From positions 368,336-432,335 of the forward strand of contig NW_003314279.1 of assembly GCF_000143415.4 (NCBI RefSeq): DNA of 64,000 nucleotides, given 5' to 3'. This stretch comes from Selaginella moellendorffii (Eukaryota > Plantae > Lycopodiophyta). Made by a program: the position numbers and the translations under genes. Numbering within the stretch: the stretch's first letter is position 1; the number at the start of each line of letters is the position of its first letter. Below are positions 1 to 12,815 of this stretch, one piece after another. The notes under the pieces are model-generated. The model searched no databases. It was not told the DNA's origin and saw only the letters and a program-made list of their open reading frames with translations.

Positions 1-1
1 C

Positions 2-1738
2 GTGATCTCTTGGAACGCTTTGATTCTCGGGTACGCGGAGAACGGCGAAGCCGAGAGAGCTCTGGAGCTCTTCGTGGTGATGCAAGCCGGTGGCTGCCCT
101 CCAGATTCCTGGACGTTCGTCGCCGCTCTGAAAGCTTGCTCCAGGCTCGCAGTGACGGCCGACTTTGGCGACCAGAGGCACGGCAAGATGGAAGTGTTGG
201 AGAAGAGCATGGCGTTGCACTCTCAGGCTCGGAAAGCTGGCGGCTGCGATTCGAGTCTATACATCGGAAGCAGCTTGGTGGACGTGTACTCCAAGTGTGC
301 CAGTATGGGAGACGCTTCCTCCGTGTTTGAGAAGATGGCGCAGCGGAATGTGGTCGCGTGGACAGCTCTGATACTCGGCTATGCCGATAACGGGCAGGAG
401 AGGCTGGCGCTGGAAACGTTTCGGTGCCTGCGCGGCGTAGGCGTGGTGCCGAATGCCTTGACGTACGTCGCTTGTCTCAAGGCTTGCAGCGGCCTTGCGA
501 GTGACGAGGAGGCCAGAGAACTTGACGGGAAGCTCGTGAAGATGGTGTCCTTGGAGAATGCTCTGGCCGTTCACTCTCAAGCTGCGAGAGACAACTGCGA
601 CAGGGATATGTTCGTGGCGAGCAGATTGATCGATGCTTATGCCGAGAGCAAGAGCATGGATGACGCTGCGAGGGTGTTTGCCGGGATGCCGGACCGGGAC
701 GTGGTGGCCTGGAACGAGCTCATGCTGGGGTACGTTGAGAACGGTGACGGGGAGCTGGCTCTGGAGGCGTTCACGGGCATGAGACGAGACGGCTGTGTTC
801 CAAACGCTGGGACCTTTGTCGCTGCTCTGAAAGCTTGCATCAGGATCTCGGCGAAAGAAGAGTGGCAGAAAGTTGACGGGTCGGGCGTGAAGCTGCGAAG
901 TCTCGAGACGGGCATGGCGATACACTCTCAAGCCGCAGCTCAAAGTCTCGACTCGGACGTGTACGTCGCGAACACCTTGCTCGACATGTACGCCAACTGC
1001 GGTGGAATGCTGGAAGCCGAGAGAGTCTTCGGCAACATGCCACGCCCCGGGGTGGTCTCCTGGACGGCTCTGATATCCGGATACACCGAGAACGGGCAAG
1101 GCAGGGTGGCGCTGGAGCTTCTCTCTCGGATGGAGGCCCAAGGCTGGAAACCGGACGCTCGGACACTTGCGATCGCGTTGAAGGCCTGCGGCAGCGTCGG
1201 GGCTCTGGAAGCTGGCATGGCGATCCACGGCGACGTCTGCAAGCAGGGGCTCGAAAGCGATACAGTGGTGGTGACTTGCTTGATAGATTTCTACGCCAAG
1301 TGTGGGAGCATGGCTTCCTCCCAGCAGGTGTTTGATGCGCTTGCTCCCAGAGACGCAGTGGCCTGGACTGCGTTGCTCGCCGGGTACAGCCGCGGAGGGG
1401 ACGCCGCTCTGGTGTTCGAGACCTTCCACGAGATGGTCGACGAAGGTGTCAAAGTCTGCGGCATGGGATTTCAGTGCCTTCTGGCCGTGTGCAGTCATTC
1501 CGGCCTGGTCGACACTGGGAGGCTCTGCTTCGACGCGATGCAGTCCAAGTACAAGGTGAGCCCCGGCCGCGAGCACTACCACTGCGTCATCGATCTTCTC
1601 AGCCGGGCCAATCAGCTCGAGGAAGCTCTGGATATGGTGGAAGCTATGCCTTTCGAGCCGACGTTTGTTACGTGGACGACGGTGCTGAGTGCTTGGACTC
1701 GGATCCAAGTTAACATTCCAAAGTTCTCTCCTGGCTGA
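2..1738 (+). CDS. PLS-class pentatricopeptide repeat protein, 5'-truncated by the window edge, ending in a partial E domain
   Basis: Intronless 578-aa ORF with P-L-S triplets (e.g. SLVDVYSKCASMGDASSVFEKMAQRNVVAWTALILGYADNG). Ends with CSHSGLVDTG...HYHCVIDLLSRANQLEEALDMVEAMPFEP; no DYW domain. Confidence 0.95.
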   Translation: MISWNALILGYAENGEAERALELFVVMQAGGCPPDSWTFVAALKACSRLAVTADFGDQRHGKMEVLEKSMALHSQARKAGGCDSSLYIGSSLVDVYSKCASMGDASSVFEKMAQRNVVAWTALILGYADNGQERLALETFRCLRGVGVVPNALTYVACLKACSGLASDEEARELDGKLVKMVSLENALAVHSQAARDNCDRDMFVASRLIDAYAESKSMDDAARVFAGMPDRDVVAWNELMLGYVENGDGELALEAFTGMRRDGCVPNAGTFVAALKACIRISAKEEWQKVDGSGVKLRSLETGMAIHSQAAAQSLDSDVYVANTLLDMYANCGGMLEAERVFGNMPRPGVVSWTALISGYTENGQGRVALELLSRMEAQGWKPDARTLAIALKACGSVGALEAGMAIHGDVCKQGLESDTVVVTCLIDFYAKCGSMASSQQVFDALAPRDAVAWTALLAGYSRGGDAALVFETFHEMVDEGVKVCGMGFQCLLAVCSHSGLVDTGRLCFDAMQSKYKVSPGREHYHCVIDLLSRANQLEEALDMVEAMPFEPTFVTWTTVLSAWTRIQVNIPKFSPG

Positions 1739-1791
1739 AGGAACAAGAACTCGATCTTACAAGCTAGAAAACATAGGATAAGGCTACTACA

Positions 1792-3820
1792 TCACCTCTT
1801 TCGACGCTTCTTCACCTCGGCGACAAGCTTGTTCACGTACATAATGTATCCATCCACATTGAACTTACGCTTGCAGCCTTCGTAGTTCATGTAACGTATC
1901 TTGCCAAATATCGGCCTCTCTTTCCAGCCCTGAAAAACAAGCCTGTGAGAAAGAGCCTGTGTATTTTGCTCGCACACCTGGTCATGAATGCCACATATGG
2001 ACCACATACAACCAACGTAGCCATTTGGATCTCTTCCATCCAATTGATACTGCAACAAAGGCTTTCTCTATGAAGAACACAAAGAGAGGGAGTAAACAAT
2101 ACCTTGTCGTTGAAGTAAATCGCAATGGCCAAAGCGTCCTCGGGACTTTCCGTCCACTCCAATATCTTCTTCGCCCAGTACATACTGCCAAAAAACAGTG
2201 CAAAAGGAGTCATAAATCGAGAACTACTTTGGAACATACCGCATAAAACCGTGCATTTTCCCACGGTGAACCATCTCTAGCTGGGAAGCGTTCCATAGCT
2301 GTTCAGAAAAAATCAAGAAAGAAACTACTAGCTTGTTCATTGAATTCAAGTCCCTTACTTTATCTTTTGTCTTCCCATCTTCAAGCTGCTGCCTCCTGGG
2401 AAAAAGAAGCACCAATCTTAAACTGCAAGCTTTTGAAACGACCCTAGAGACAGCTTACGTGTAGATATGTTCTCTTTTATCATTCGCATGCTCAAGCAAC
2501 GAGTTCCGGGCCCATTCCCACGCTCCCTGGATGTTGTCATAATTCGGTTGATAGTAGCAAAAATTGTCAGACAGCTCCCGCCTGATTATTAGTTCCTCCA
2601 GAAACGAATCCACAGACTGGGAAAAAAGGAAGAAGGAATCAAGACAACGAAGCCATCAAAAGATTTTGAACAAACCTGCATATGTAGCTTACGAGCTTTT
2701 CGAACCTCAAATGCGCAGCGTTGAGGAGAAAGCTGACCGTAGTGAAAGTAAGGGGAGAGGTCTGATAAACGTTCAAGTTTGGACGGGTCATTTCTCTCAG
2801 CGCTGTAACGTTGAAGTCTAGAGGACAAAAAACCCGCTAACCGTTCAAGAGCTATATCTTCGCCTGGTTCACACCAGTCGACTTCAGGAACTTCGTCACC
2901 AGCTCTGTTACATCGCAGAGAAAATGTCAGCGAGACCTTTTCTCGACGTCGTTACCTTAGAACTTCATCTATAAGAGAATCCCAATCGATCTTCTCTTGT
3001 GCCACCCCAGGCCAAGGCTTTGAGAAAGGCTCGAGCGTTGGAAAGTCCACCAGAAACTCTGGAAGCTGCCTCTGGATTTTCAATCTGATAGTACGAGCAG
3101 CGTATTCCAGTTTGTCCGAGGCAATCCAAACGGGAACGACATTATGAGCATCTACCTCGTGCACGGCGGTGGTAGTGTCTGCCCCGAGTCTGCTTACAAC
3201 ACCAGTTCTCCAGGTTCGACCAATCCTCAGAGGAGAAAAATCAAGTACGAGGATGGACGCGTTGCATGCCTCGACAAATGCGGGAATCGTGTCTTCTGGT
3301 CGACCCTGCAGAGTTAAAACCATGGAAACGTGAAAAAGAGAGAGAAATAGAGATCTAAAGCACCATTCCAGGCATTGAAACAAGAAAGTTCTCAAGAAAA
3401 ACTAAGGATTACCCGTAGCAAGAAAAAAGCGATGCCAAGCTTCTCGAGGTTCTTCTCCACAACGCGCAGGCCCCGAAGAAGAAATCCAAAATGCCGGGCT
3501 TTGGCTTCCAGAAAGCTCTCCACCAAATTAAACACCACGGCCACTGGGGTATCTCTCTTCCTGGCCTGCTCGGCCGCGTAGAGCAAAGCCCAGTTATCCC
3601 TGGATCGCTGATCCCTCGACATCCAATACACCACAGGACCGCTGTGAGATTCATCCCCTTGACTTAACACGCGCACTCTCCTGGGATTCACACCGATCGA
3701 CGATCTCAATCCCTCGCCTAGGAATCCACCGCCATCGGCGTCCAATTTCTGCTTCTTGGCTCCGGCGGCAGCAGCATCCAAGGCGCCAGCGACCTCCTTC
3801 TTACCCGAGAGCTGTGACAT
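1792..3820 (-). CDS. PHR1: Class II CPD DNA photolyase, multi-exon (exon 1 3820-3413, exon 2 3305-2956, further short exons to stop at 1792)
   Basis: Motifs [79 protein letters not shown] and [37 protein letters not shown], separated by short GT-AG introns. Confidence 0.95.
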
Positions 3821-3888
3821 TTTCTTCTTGCCGCCTACATTCCAGGAGCCAAGCGCATACCTGAGAACTTAGGGCTCTTGCGGATGGA

Positions 3889-3898
3889 CACACGTGGC
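3889..3898 (-). promoter_or_regulatory. G-box (GCCACGTG) upstream of the photolyase start codon
   Basis: CACGTG at 3891-3896, ~70 bp upstream of the ATG at 3820. G-boxes are standard plant light-response elements; function here is inferred. Confidence 0.45.
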
Positions 3899-3954
3899 AG
3901 GCTCTCCGCCATTTGTCTACGCGCCAAGAATATACACAAAACGTGCTTAGCCTT

Positions 3955-6900
3955 TCATCTTCGCGTCAAACTATAAACCACTACCTTAAAGGCTTTGCTT
4001 AAACGAGTACGAGTTGGGGTTTGATTTTGCTGCTGCTGCTGCCGCTGCTGCCGTGAAGAATTTTGATTCTGCTCAGCCTGCCTCGCTGGGATTAACAGGT
4101 TTTGGATCGCCGACTGGAGCGTCTCAGCGAAATCAATGGTTCCTGACGTAAGGTCTCGGCCGGAAATCCTCGGACCATTCTGGAACCAGTTTTCCGGCCC
4201 AGCACCGCCCTGTTGGATACCTTGCATTTGTTGGTCTTGTGTCTGTTCTTCCACTGGCCGCTTTAGAGCTGTCAGGACATTGCAGAGATAGTCGATGTCC
4301 GCAGAGCTCCTCGCTCGTTTAAACTGCAAACGCCACAGATCTGCAGAGCACAGCCACCTGGAATATCTATTTTGAAAAGTTCTATAGAATTCTGAGAGCG
4401 GGACAAACCTTCTGTTGCAAAATATTTCGCAAAAAGTAACTAGCTTTAAACCATGATATTCCTGAAAAGGAAAAAAAGCGAATCCCATCATGCAAAGCAT
4501 AAACATCAATCTTATTACCTTTCACTTCCTTCTCTTTTCTTGGCACCTAACGCTGGCTTTGAAAGCGTTAACGTAAGGAAATCTTCGACAATCTTGCATA
4601 TTGAGGATCTCAGCGATTTTACCCAGTGACTCAGTTGTCTCGGCACGAGAAGGTCCGGTTCCAAGTAAATCAGCTTTTAGGAGTGGTGGAGTAGCGGATG
4701 AGTACGAGGGCCAAGCCATTTCAAAAGCACGTTTGTTATGAACGGTGTCCATTGATGCTGAAGGTACATGAGCACCATCATCTCTGGAAAAACATTTATG
4801 AAGCATACACAAAATTAAAAAAACGCCTACCTGTAGTTTTTGGCAGTCCAATAAGGTTGTGCTTCATAAAGCACAGCCTGGATTTCATACAGTTCTCTCC
4901 AGTTACAGTCCTTCCAGAGCTCATCGAAAGCAATCTGGGAAAAAAACATAAAAAAAGATATAACTAGAGATTCTAAAAATATTTACCGTGAAAAAGGATT
5001 GAGCTAAAGGTAGCGCATCGTTCTCGGGGAGTATGGACCAATCCAAACCCCGGTTTCGCTCGATGGTTGCATATGCAGTACTGAGATCACCGGTAAAGGA
5101 AGCCAACTTCCAAAAAGACTTGATATTTCCTGCTGCCGTTAGAAGAGATGTAAACGTTTCTTCAACATCTCTTGTAGATGGATTTTTTGCTTTTATTTCG
5201 TTCCAAACCTGCAAGGAAGAAATTGTTACAAGCTAAACTTCTAGTGGAATTGTTCACCAGATGTTTCATTGCGTACGCCATTTCAATTCGGATTTGCCGG
5301 AGGTGCTCGAAATATGGAATCTGCAACATTGCTGATGTGGATAGTGTTCCAAACAGCACGACGTTTTGTATGCCACCATTGCGGTGTAGCTCTGCAACGC
5401 TGTCCGGATTCACTGTACTCACAATGCCCGTGTCGAGCAAGACACGCGCAGGGACTTGCTTGACACAGGCAATCTTGTCATGGCCATTCTCGCCACTGCC
5501 ACCAGTCTTAACGATGAATTCCTCTCGCGACAAGCCTGCACAGCCGCAAAACCAAAAATCTATTGAGAAAGCGTGAAAGCTTTCAGGGACATACCTGGAA
5601 CTTCGTGGTGATGATCGTCACCTACAGACGTTGTGAGCAGTTTATTCTTGGCTACAGCAGAAAAGAAACAGGAAATTAGAGACAAAATGAACAAAAAAAC
5701 GATCAATACTCTTGTCCAGCTTGGTCTCGTAAAAGTCCTCAATCGCCAATGCCGGAGCTGTCCCTTTGAGGTCCGCGTCCCCCTTTGGAAAGTCAATGGG
5801 CTTAATGGTGAGTTCTGCTAATTCTTCTCGTGACAAGCCTGCAAAGCCAAAAATCTATTGAGAAAGCGTGAAAGCTTTCAAGGACATACCTGGAACTTCG
5901 TGGTGATGATCGTCACCTACAGAAGTTGTGAGGGGCTTATTCTTGGCTACAGCAGAAAAGAAACAGGAAATTAGAGACAAAATAAATAAAAGAACGATCA
6001 ATACTCTTGTCGAGCTTGGTCTTCTCAAAGTCCTCAATCGCCAATGCCGGAGCTGTCCCTTTGTCCCCCTTCGGAAAGTCAATGGGTTTAATGGTGAGTT
6101 CTACTAATTCCTCTGGTGACAAGCCTGCAAAGCCAAAAATCTATTGAGAAAGCGTGAAAGCTTTCAGGGACATACCTGGAACTTCGTGGTGATGATCGTC
6201 ACCTACAGACGTTGTGAGCGGTTTATTCTTGGCTACAGCAGAAAAGAAACAGGAAATTAGAGACAAAATGAACAAAAAAACGATCAATACTCTTGTCCAG
6301 CTTGGTCTCGTAAAAGTCCTCAATCGCCAATGCCGGAGCTGTCCCTTTGAGGTCCGCGTCCCCCTTTGGAAAGTCAATGGGCTTAATGGTGAGTTCTGCT
6401 AATTCTTCTCGTGACAAGCCTGCAAAGCCAAAAATCTATTGAGAAAGCGTGAAAGCTTTCAGGGACATACCTGGAACTTCGTGGTGATGATCGTCACCTA
6501 CAGAAGTTGTGAGGGGCTTATTCTTGGCTACAGCAGAAAAGAAACAGGAAATTAGAGACAAAATAAACAAAAGAACGATCAATACTTTTGTCCAGCTTGG
6601 TCTTCTCAAAGTCCTCAATCGCCAATGCCGGAGCTGTCCCTTTGTCCCCCTTCGGAAAGTCAATGGGTTTAATGGTGAGTTCTGCTAATTCCTCTGGTGA
6701 CAAGCCTGCAAAGCCAAAAATCTATTGAGAAAGCGTGAAAGCTTTCTGGGACATACCTGGAACTTCGTGGTGATGATCGTCACCTACAGACGTTGTGAGC
6801 GGTTTATTCTTGGCTACAGCAGAAAAGAAACAGGAAATTAGAGACAAAATGAACAAAAAAACGATCAATACTCTTGTCCAGCTTGGTCTCGTAAAAGTCC

Positions 6901-8048
6901 TCAATCGGCAATGCTGGAGATGTCCATTTGAGCGCAGCCTCCCCCTTAGGAATGCAAATGGTGAGAATCTCATCCTGGAGATTAAATATTGCACCATCAA
7001 CGTCAGCATGACGAGGAACCACAAGGTTCTCGGGGCGGAACACGTCCTGCTCCGTGGTAACAAGCACACCCGGTCCATCTTTTGCAACATGCACTTGATC
7101 CAACGACGTGAGACCTGCGCAAGAAACAAATAAGATAACATCATCCACAAATGACTTACCGGGCACTTGCACATAGAACTGGTGGTTCTCAAACGACGAC
7201 CACAATAGCTTCCGCTCGTCATATCCTGCAAGACACAGAAAAAAGAATAAAAAACTCCAGGCAGGATCAACCATACCTTTATCAATGTTCTTGAGGCAGT
7301 TTAGCAGCAGCTGGTAAGCGTGTTTCTTCTCAAAGTTGTAGAGAGCGACGAGACCCCCGTGACGAGGGAACTGCGGCAGGCCCCCCGCATCAGCCACCTT
7401 CCGCGCCAACTCGAGGCTCCTGGCACACCTCGTCAAGTACTCCGTCGAGAAGAGATCTCTTGGAACAACTACTGTAGCATATGATTCAGAGCGCTCCTGG
7501 ATCAGAATGGAGAGGCTCATGGACTGCAGACCAAAGAGATAGCACTCAGCGGCAAACGCAGGCGCCTGCTCCTGCAACTCGTGCACGTTTGGCTCCCCAG
7601 AGAAGACTTCCTTCTCGGCTCGGCAGGCAACAGTCCGGCAAAAGTCATGCACGAGGCGAGTTCCTTCCTTTGTGCGTTGATGGATGGGTGGCTCTCCAAG
7701 CAAGCGGCACCTTGCATAATTGGTCACGAGCTTGATCATGCGTTGATACGGGCAAGGGTAGTCGCCTATGTCGTCAAGCCCGAGTGGTATTTCAGCGGGC
7801 GAGGGGAATTCGCCGCTCACATTGTCGGTGTACTTGAGCATGTGGTCGGTAGCATCACAGTCGCCTAGCGCCCCAAAATCTTGGCCGAGGACACGGTTGA
7901 GCATCACCACCCACAGAAACTCTCCATACTCGTTGTAGCCATCGTCTGTCGGTGGTTTCCTCACTTGGAACCCTTCGCTCCTAGCGCTTGCTGTGTGGAT
8001 GCGCCGCCTACAACCCGCGCTTCCGGTCTGAAGCAGTCGCCTCAACAT
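3955..8048 (-). CDS. Multi-exon gene of unknown function: possible mitochondrial presequence, HSP20/alpha-crystallin-like domain, repeated exon cassettes, Q-rich tail
   Basis: Arg-rich N-terminus MLRRLLQTGSAGCRRRIHTASARS. ACD-like segment FYVQVPG/LTSLDQVHV...PRHADVDGAIFNLQDEILTICIPKG. Consecutive GT-AG-bounded ORF segments; the exact 3' end is uncertain. Confidence 0.6.
5530..6910 (-). repeat. Intragenic tandem repeat of a two-exon/two-intron cassette, with alternating 295/286-bp units
   Basis: Equivalent positions at 5560, 5855, 6141, 6436 and 6722. Units alternate DADLKGT and DKGT variants, giving a 581-bp higher-order dimer. Confidence 0.95.
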
Positions 8049-8766
8049 TCTCTCACGGCACTGTAAACCCTAGGGAATGGGCGGGAAAATGGAATCGTGC
8101 CGGTGAAGCTCCGGCCGGCCGCGTGGATCGGGAACGCCATCATAGCCGTCCACGATACCCTGCGCTTCTCCTATTGCAAAGAATTAAAAACAAATGAATT
8201 AGTTACTAATAATAATATAATTGCCTTTTTTTCTAGGTTTGCTATGCATATTATATATTTTTAATATGATATCTATGATATTTTGTGCTCTACAAATTTA
8301 GATTCTTATATCAAATGTTATGATACATTAGTAAGGTTTAAACTTTGGGTGTGATAGATTTTAGTGTGTAAAGTGGATTTTGAGTGCCTATCACAATAAG
8401 CTTAACCATAATAAACCAAGTGTAACAAATTAATGCAATGTTAAAAATTTGTATATGTGATTAAAAATGTGAGAAACATCTTATCACAATTATAACATTA
8501 TTCACTTGTTCGTAGAAAAACCACCACTCTTCATATCTCAAATAACAAAAAATGAATTTACATTTGCTTAATCAATTGTGGCTAATTGATTTCTATTTAT
8601 GGAATATAATGTATGGAATATAAAAAGAGATTACAAAAAATGTGTATATCAATTAGCCCAAAAACCTTAGTTATATATAGGGGATTGAAATCAATTTGAT
8701 GGCTACCAAAATCCCACTAAACTAATATTAGTATACGGTATCGTAGTTGTATACTTAGACCTCACA

Positions 8767-10199
8767 TCATCCCCTCCTCTCGGAATGATGGAAGACCATC
8801 AAGATTCTCTCCTGGATAAATTAAGATCTGGAAGAATATCAGGAGGAGGCATTGGTGGATCTATACGTGGTGCCAATTGTTCATGATCCTTTTGTATGAA
8901 ATGTTTCAGCCACTGCATATACATAATTTTTAGAGGACCGTTATGTCGAACCTCATAAGCTTGTGGTCCAACTTGTTGCAACACCCAATATAAACCTTTC
9001 CACTGAGCAAAAAGCCATTTAGATAAACCATGTACCATAAGATAGGGAAACAAACTAACACCAAGTTATCCACTTTATACTTCACAATTGGAAGATTATG
9101 GGAGTTATAGTGCTATCATTGTCCTATTTGTACATAGCTCAGGTGTTCGATAGAATTTACTCAAATAAGTGGAAGAATATTTATCAAATACTAATCCCAT
9201 GACCTACCATCGGTAGTTTGCAGCAATTGCGAAGGTAAACCTAATTCCGTTGGCAATATTGGATCATGACCATATAAGAGTTTATATGGTGAAGCACTAA
9301 CAAAACTTTACACCCCTGTGATATATGCATACTATAGAAATGGCAAATAACCATCCCAATTCGAATGTTGAAAGTTCACGTACTTCACAATTATCCATTT
9401 GAAGGTCTAAACAAGTTATTCCATCAAACCATCTAACTGTGGATGATAAGCACTTGTGAAAGTGTAGTGTATCCCCAATTGAAACTTCAAAATATGAAAT
9501 GTCTCAACCATAAATGCAGGACCATTATTTGAAAAAATCCATTCTGGATAAGAATGTTAGAACACTACTCAATTGAGGAGGAAGTATCTAATAGTAGTTG
9601 CAAACACGCTAGCAAGAGCATTGACTTCCACTCAATAAATTAAGTAGTCAAAAACAATAATGATATACTCATTGCCAACAATCGATCATGGAAAAGGTCC
9701 TATCAAATAAAATGCGACAAACTTAAACGGATGGGAAATTAAAATTAACTCCAACCGTCCTTCTATAGCATAAGGGAGAGTATTATGAGTTTGGCACCAA
9801 ACGCAACGATGCACATACCAGATAACATCACATTGCATCTTCGGCCAATAAAAAGACACGTGCAATTTCTCAGTCACATGACAATATCTCATATGCCCAT
9901 CTAAAATAGAAGAATCATGGTAGACATAGAAAAAACATGGAATAAAGATTGAAGGCACCACCAGTCATAAATGATTATTAGGATCTATCCCCATAAAATA
10001 AAAAAAACCATTATCAAGGCGGTATTGTAAAATGACAAATTATTTACAAGTGATGTAAGATTCTTAAACCCATCACAAAACTTTCAAATTCACGGCTCAA
10101 TCTTTTGAGCTTCACAAACCTCGTTAAGAGCAAGTAAATCCTGCTTTGCACCTTATGGACATTGAATGTCAAGTATAACAATTGCCGACAGCACGAAAT
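8767..10199 (-). pseudogene. Degenerate Ty3/gypsy integrase remnant of an old element, with a PPT at ~8767-8781
   Basis: HDSSILDGH...FYWPKMQCDVIWYVHRCVWCQ (HHCC), LIGPFP and WKGLYWVLQQVGPQAYEV (GPY/F-like), with many stops. GAGAGGAGGGGATGA then TGTGAGG on the minus strand. Confidence 0.75.
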
Positions 10200-11694
10200 T
10201 ATAAGTAATTAAATTTTCCATTTTACTTTAGTCATTTAACCACACTTTCAACCACTTGGAGGTGTTTAGCTTACAACCTCTATAAATCCTATTCCCAACT
10301 TAGGGACTTGCTAGCTGTAGCACACGTGGTTTTGACCCTTTATCTTATGGTAGGATAACACCATGAAGTGGAACCTAAACCCTCTATGTGCCATGTGTCA
10401 TATGCCACATGTCACATACCACATGTCCATAGGACAATGGTATGGAACCCGAGGTTCAGAGCCTTGGGCCACTAAATGAAGGAACAATGCCAAATTCCTA
10501 AGCATAGAGCCAAGGAGTGATAGAACCGGACCACAGAGCAATTTCCAAGCATATAGCCCAAAGAGTGAAGGAACAAGAGCTTGGAGTGACTTGGAACAGT
10601 CCTAAAGCAACTAGCATCCTATTGCCATGACCAATATGCAAAACGGAGCCAAAAAGAGTCTGGAACTATTTCGGCATACTGGTGGCCTAACGTAAGGACA
10701 TGGGTACTCCACTAGCTAGCATGGAATGGAGTGTTGGCCTTAGACCCAAGCCAAATGCAGAACAAGGACAGGCATGCAAGTGGGAGCTATACTATGCCTT
10801 AGGTTGGTCGGCCATGCCCAACCTACCCATTATCTGTACTATACATTTGGAACCCTCCATAGGCCCCCCCCCCCCCCCCGCCCCGCGGAGGAACACACGC
10901 TTTGGGCTTTCACCCCAAGCTTCCCTTAGTATTAGGAGTTAGTCTCTAGGACAAGCTCGAAACTTACTAAATATGGAATGTCTTTAGATTGTGAATTCGG
11001 ACATGAAACGAATACCATTGTGTTTAGGACAATCTATACATTCCGTAGATATGCCAAATGAGCAAATTTGGATATTTTCCATAAATAGCATTTGGGACCA
11101 AAATGAGACTAACACAAAGGGCATGATAGCAAGGGTGTTCAGCAGACATGGTAAGCTATTATTTAGTGAATATTCAGAGACCAAGCTCAATATCATGGGA
11201 GTTCTCAACACTAGCAAGTGCAAGTCAACAAATGAATTTGTCTAACCAGGTCAAATATGCTTGACTAAATAGACACTTAGGAATTCCTTCTTTATGCTCA
11301 TCTAGTCAAGTACACATGTGAAGACCAGTTTCTCAACTAACTTAGGCGGAGACTGATAACGAGTCTAGCAATACCAACCTCCTACCGTCGTGGTAGTAAG
11401 GAAAGAGTGTTCGTAAGGACTGGCTGATAGATAACTTTCGATACCCAAAGTCATATTCACGACACTCTCCCCCCCTAGGAAAGTTTGATGTCCTTGTCGA
11501 TGCATACTCGAGTCTAGAATACCGCCAAGGAAACAACTCCAGAAAAAGTTCATGGTATTCACACTATATGAAAAATGCACCAACTTAAATGAGTTAGGAG
11601 GCAACTTCTTGTAAGGAACCAACTCGCCGAGGTGTCGTAGGCTAAAGGAACCCTGAAAGCATGACCAAAATGACAAAGAGTTCATTGGATGGGA

Positions 11695-11970
11695 CCAAGT
11701 CGAAGGTCGAGTCTAAGACCGACTCTAGGACCGAGTTCGAGATAGAGTCCGGAATCGAGTCTGAGACCGACTCGGGGATCGAGTTCGAGTCCGAGTTCGA
11801 GACCGAGTTCGAGGCGAAGTCCGAGATCCGAAATCGGGTTCGAGACCGAGTCCGAGGTCGAGTCCGAGGTCGGCTCCGAGATCGGGTCCGAGATCGAGTC
11901 CGAGATCGAGTCCAAGACCAAATCCGAAGTCGGATCCGAAATCGGGTTCGAGATCGAGCCAGAGACTAAG
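11695..11970 (+). repeat. CpG-rich hexamer-based array (GAGTCC/GAGATC/GAGTTC) in the family A LTR, present in all A LTRs
   Basis: Direct reading; produces the spurious RVRD/SISD ORFs. Confidence 0.9.
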
Positions 11971-12759
11971 TCCAAATACTAATACGGGTCAAGGGGTGAA
12001 AGCCCAAAGCGTGCGTCCCCCAGGGGGGGGGGCTGCAGGGGGTTCCAAAAGTATAGTAGGGATAGTGAGGTCCAGGAACCAATTTTGAAGGGACTCTCCA
12101 GTGGAGCTCCCAAACCGACTTGAGGTTGAGACTGGGACCAAGGGGCCTTGGGTGGGAGTGAGCATGGACTTGGCTGGTGCCGGAGGGGCCATCCAAGGAA
12201 GTGCTCAAGAGCAGCTCCCACTCCCGAAAGGGAAACCGATTGCGGTGCTCCCGGCTCATGTGGAGTGGTGCCCCACTTGAGTACCATGCGGCTCATTGGT
12301 CCTCGCCCTTCCTAGGGGCTTGGGCCTTCCTTTGGGATGGAAGTGGGGGGGTAGAGGTACCCATACCGGGCCGCTAGGCCATGGTGTTTCGCCCCGGCGT
12401 CCTGAAGCAAGTGTTGCACTCAAGACTTGGGATTTAGAGGGTCCCATGATCAAGTCTTGTGGTACCAAGGGATGTTAGGAACCTGGAAGCTTGGTGTGCT
12501 TGGCTGCTTGTGCTTGCGGGGAGTGTAGCCGAACCTTAAGTCTAGTCTAACCCGGGGAGGGGGATTGGGAGTGAATTGGGAATCCGTGGAAGGATGGCTA
12601 ACACTCCGTTGCTCATGCAGTGAGTAGCTGAAACCAAGTAGGAGCTGGTACCATAGGCGAGAACCTTAGCAAGGGAACTTAGCAAAAGCCAAGGCAGTGT
12701 TGGACGGATAGACGAGGTAAGCTGGCAAATTGGAAAGGAAAAATTTGTGGCTTACAATT

Positions 12760-12772
12760 TGGTATCGGAGCC
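12760..12772 (+). promoter_or_regulatory. Primer-binding site (tRNA-iMet type) of A1
   Basis: TGGTATCGGAGCC 3 nt after the LTR; one difference from the canonical TGGTATCAGAGCC. Confidence 0.9.
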
Positions 12773-12815
12773 TTTTTCTCAGTTCTAGCGAAGGATAGAG
12801 GCGGATTGCTGGGAG

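Noticed and set aside
257-1708. 483-aa antisense ORF over the PPR gene
   Set aside because: Shadow of GC-rich codon usage; no recognisable motif.
5530-6910. CRISPR-like or non-coding satellite interpretation
   Set aside because: No unique spacers; the units are exon-intron cassettes in a eukaryotic gene.
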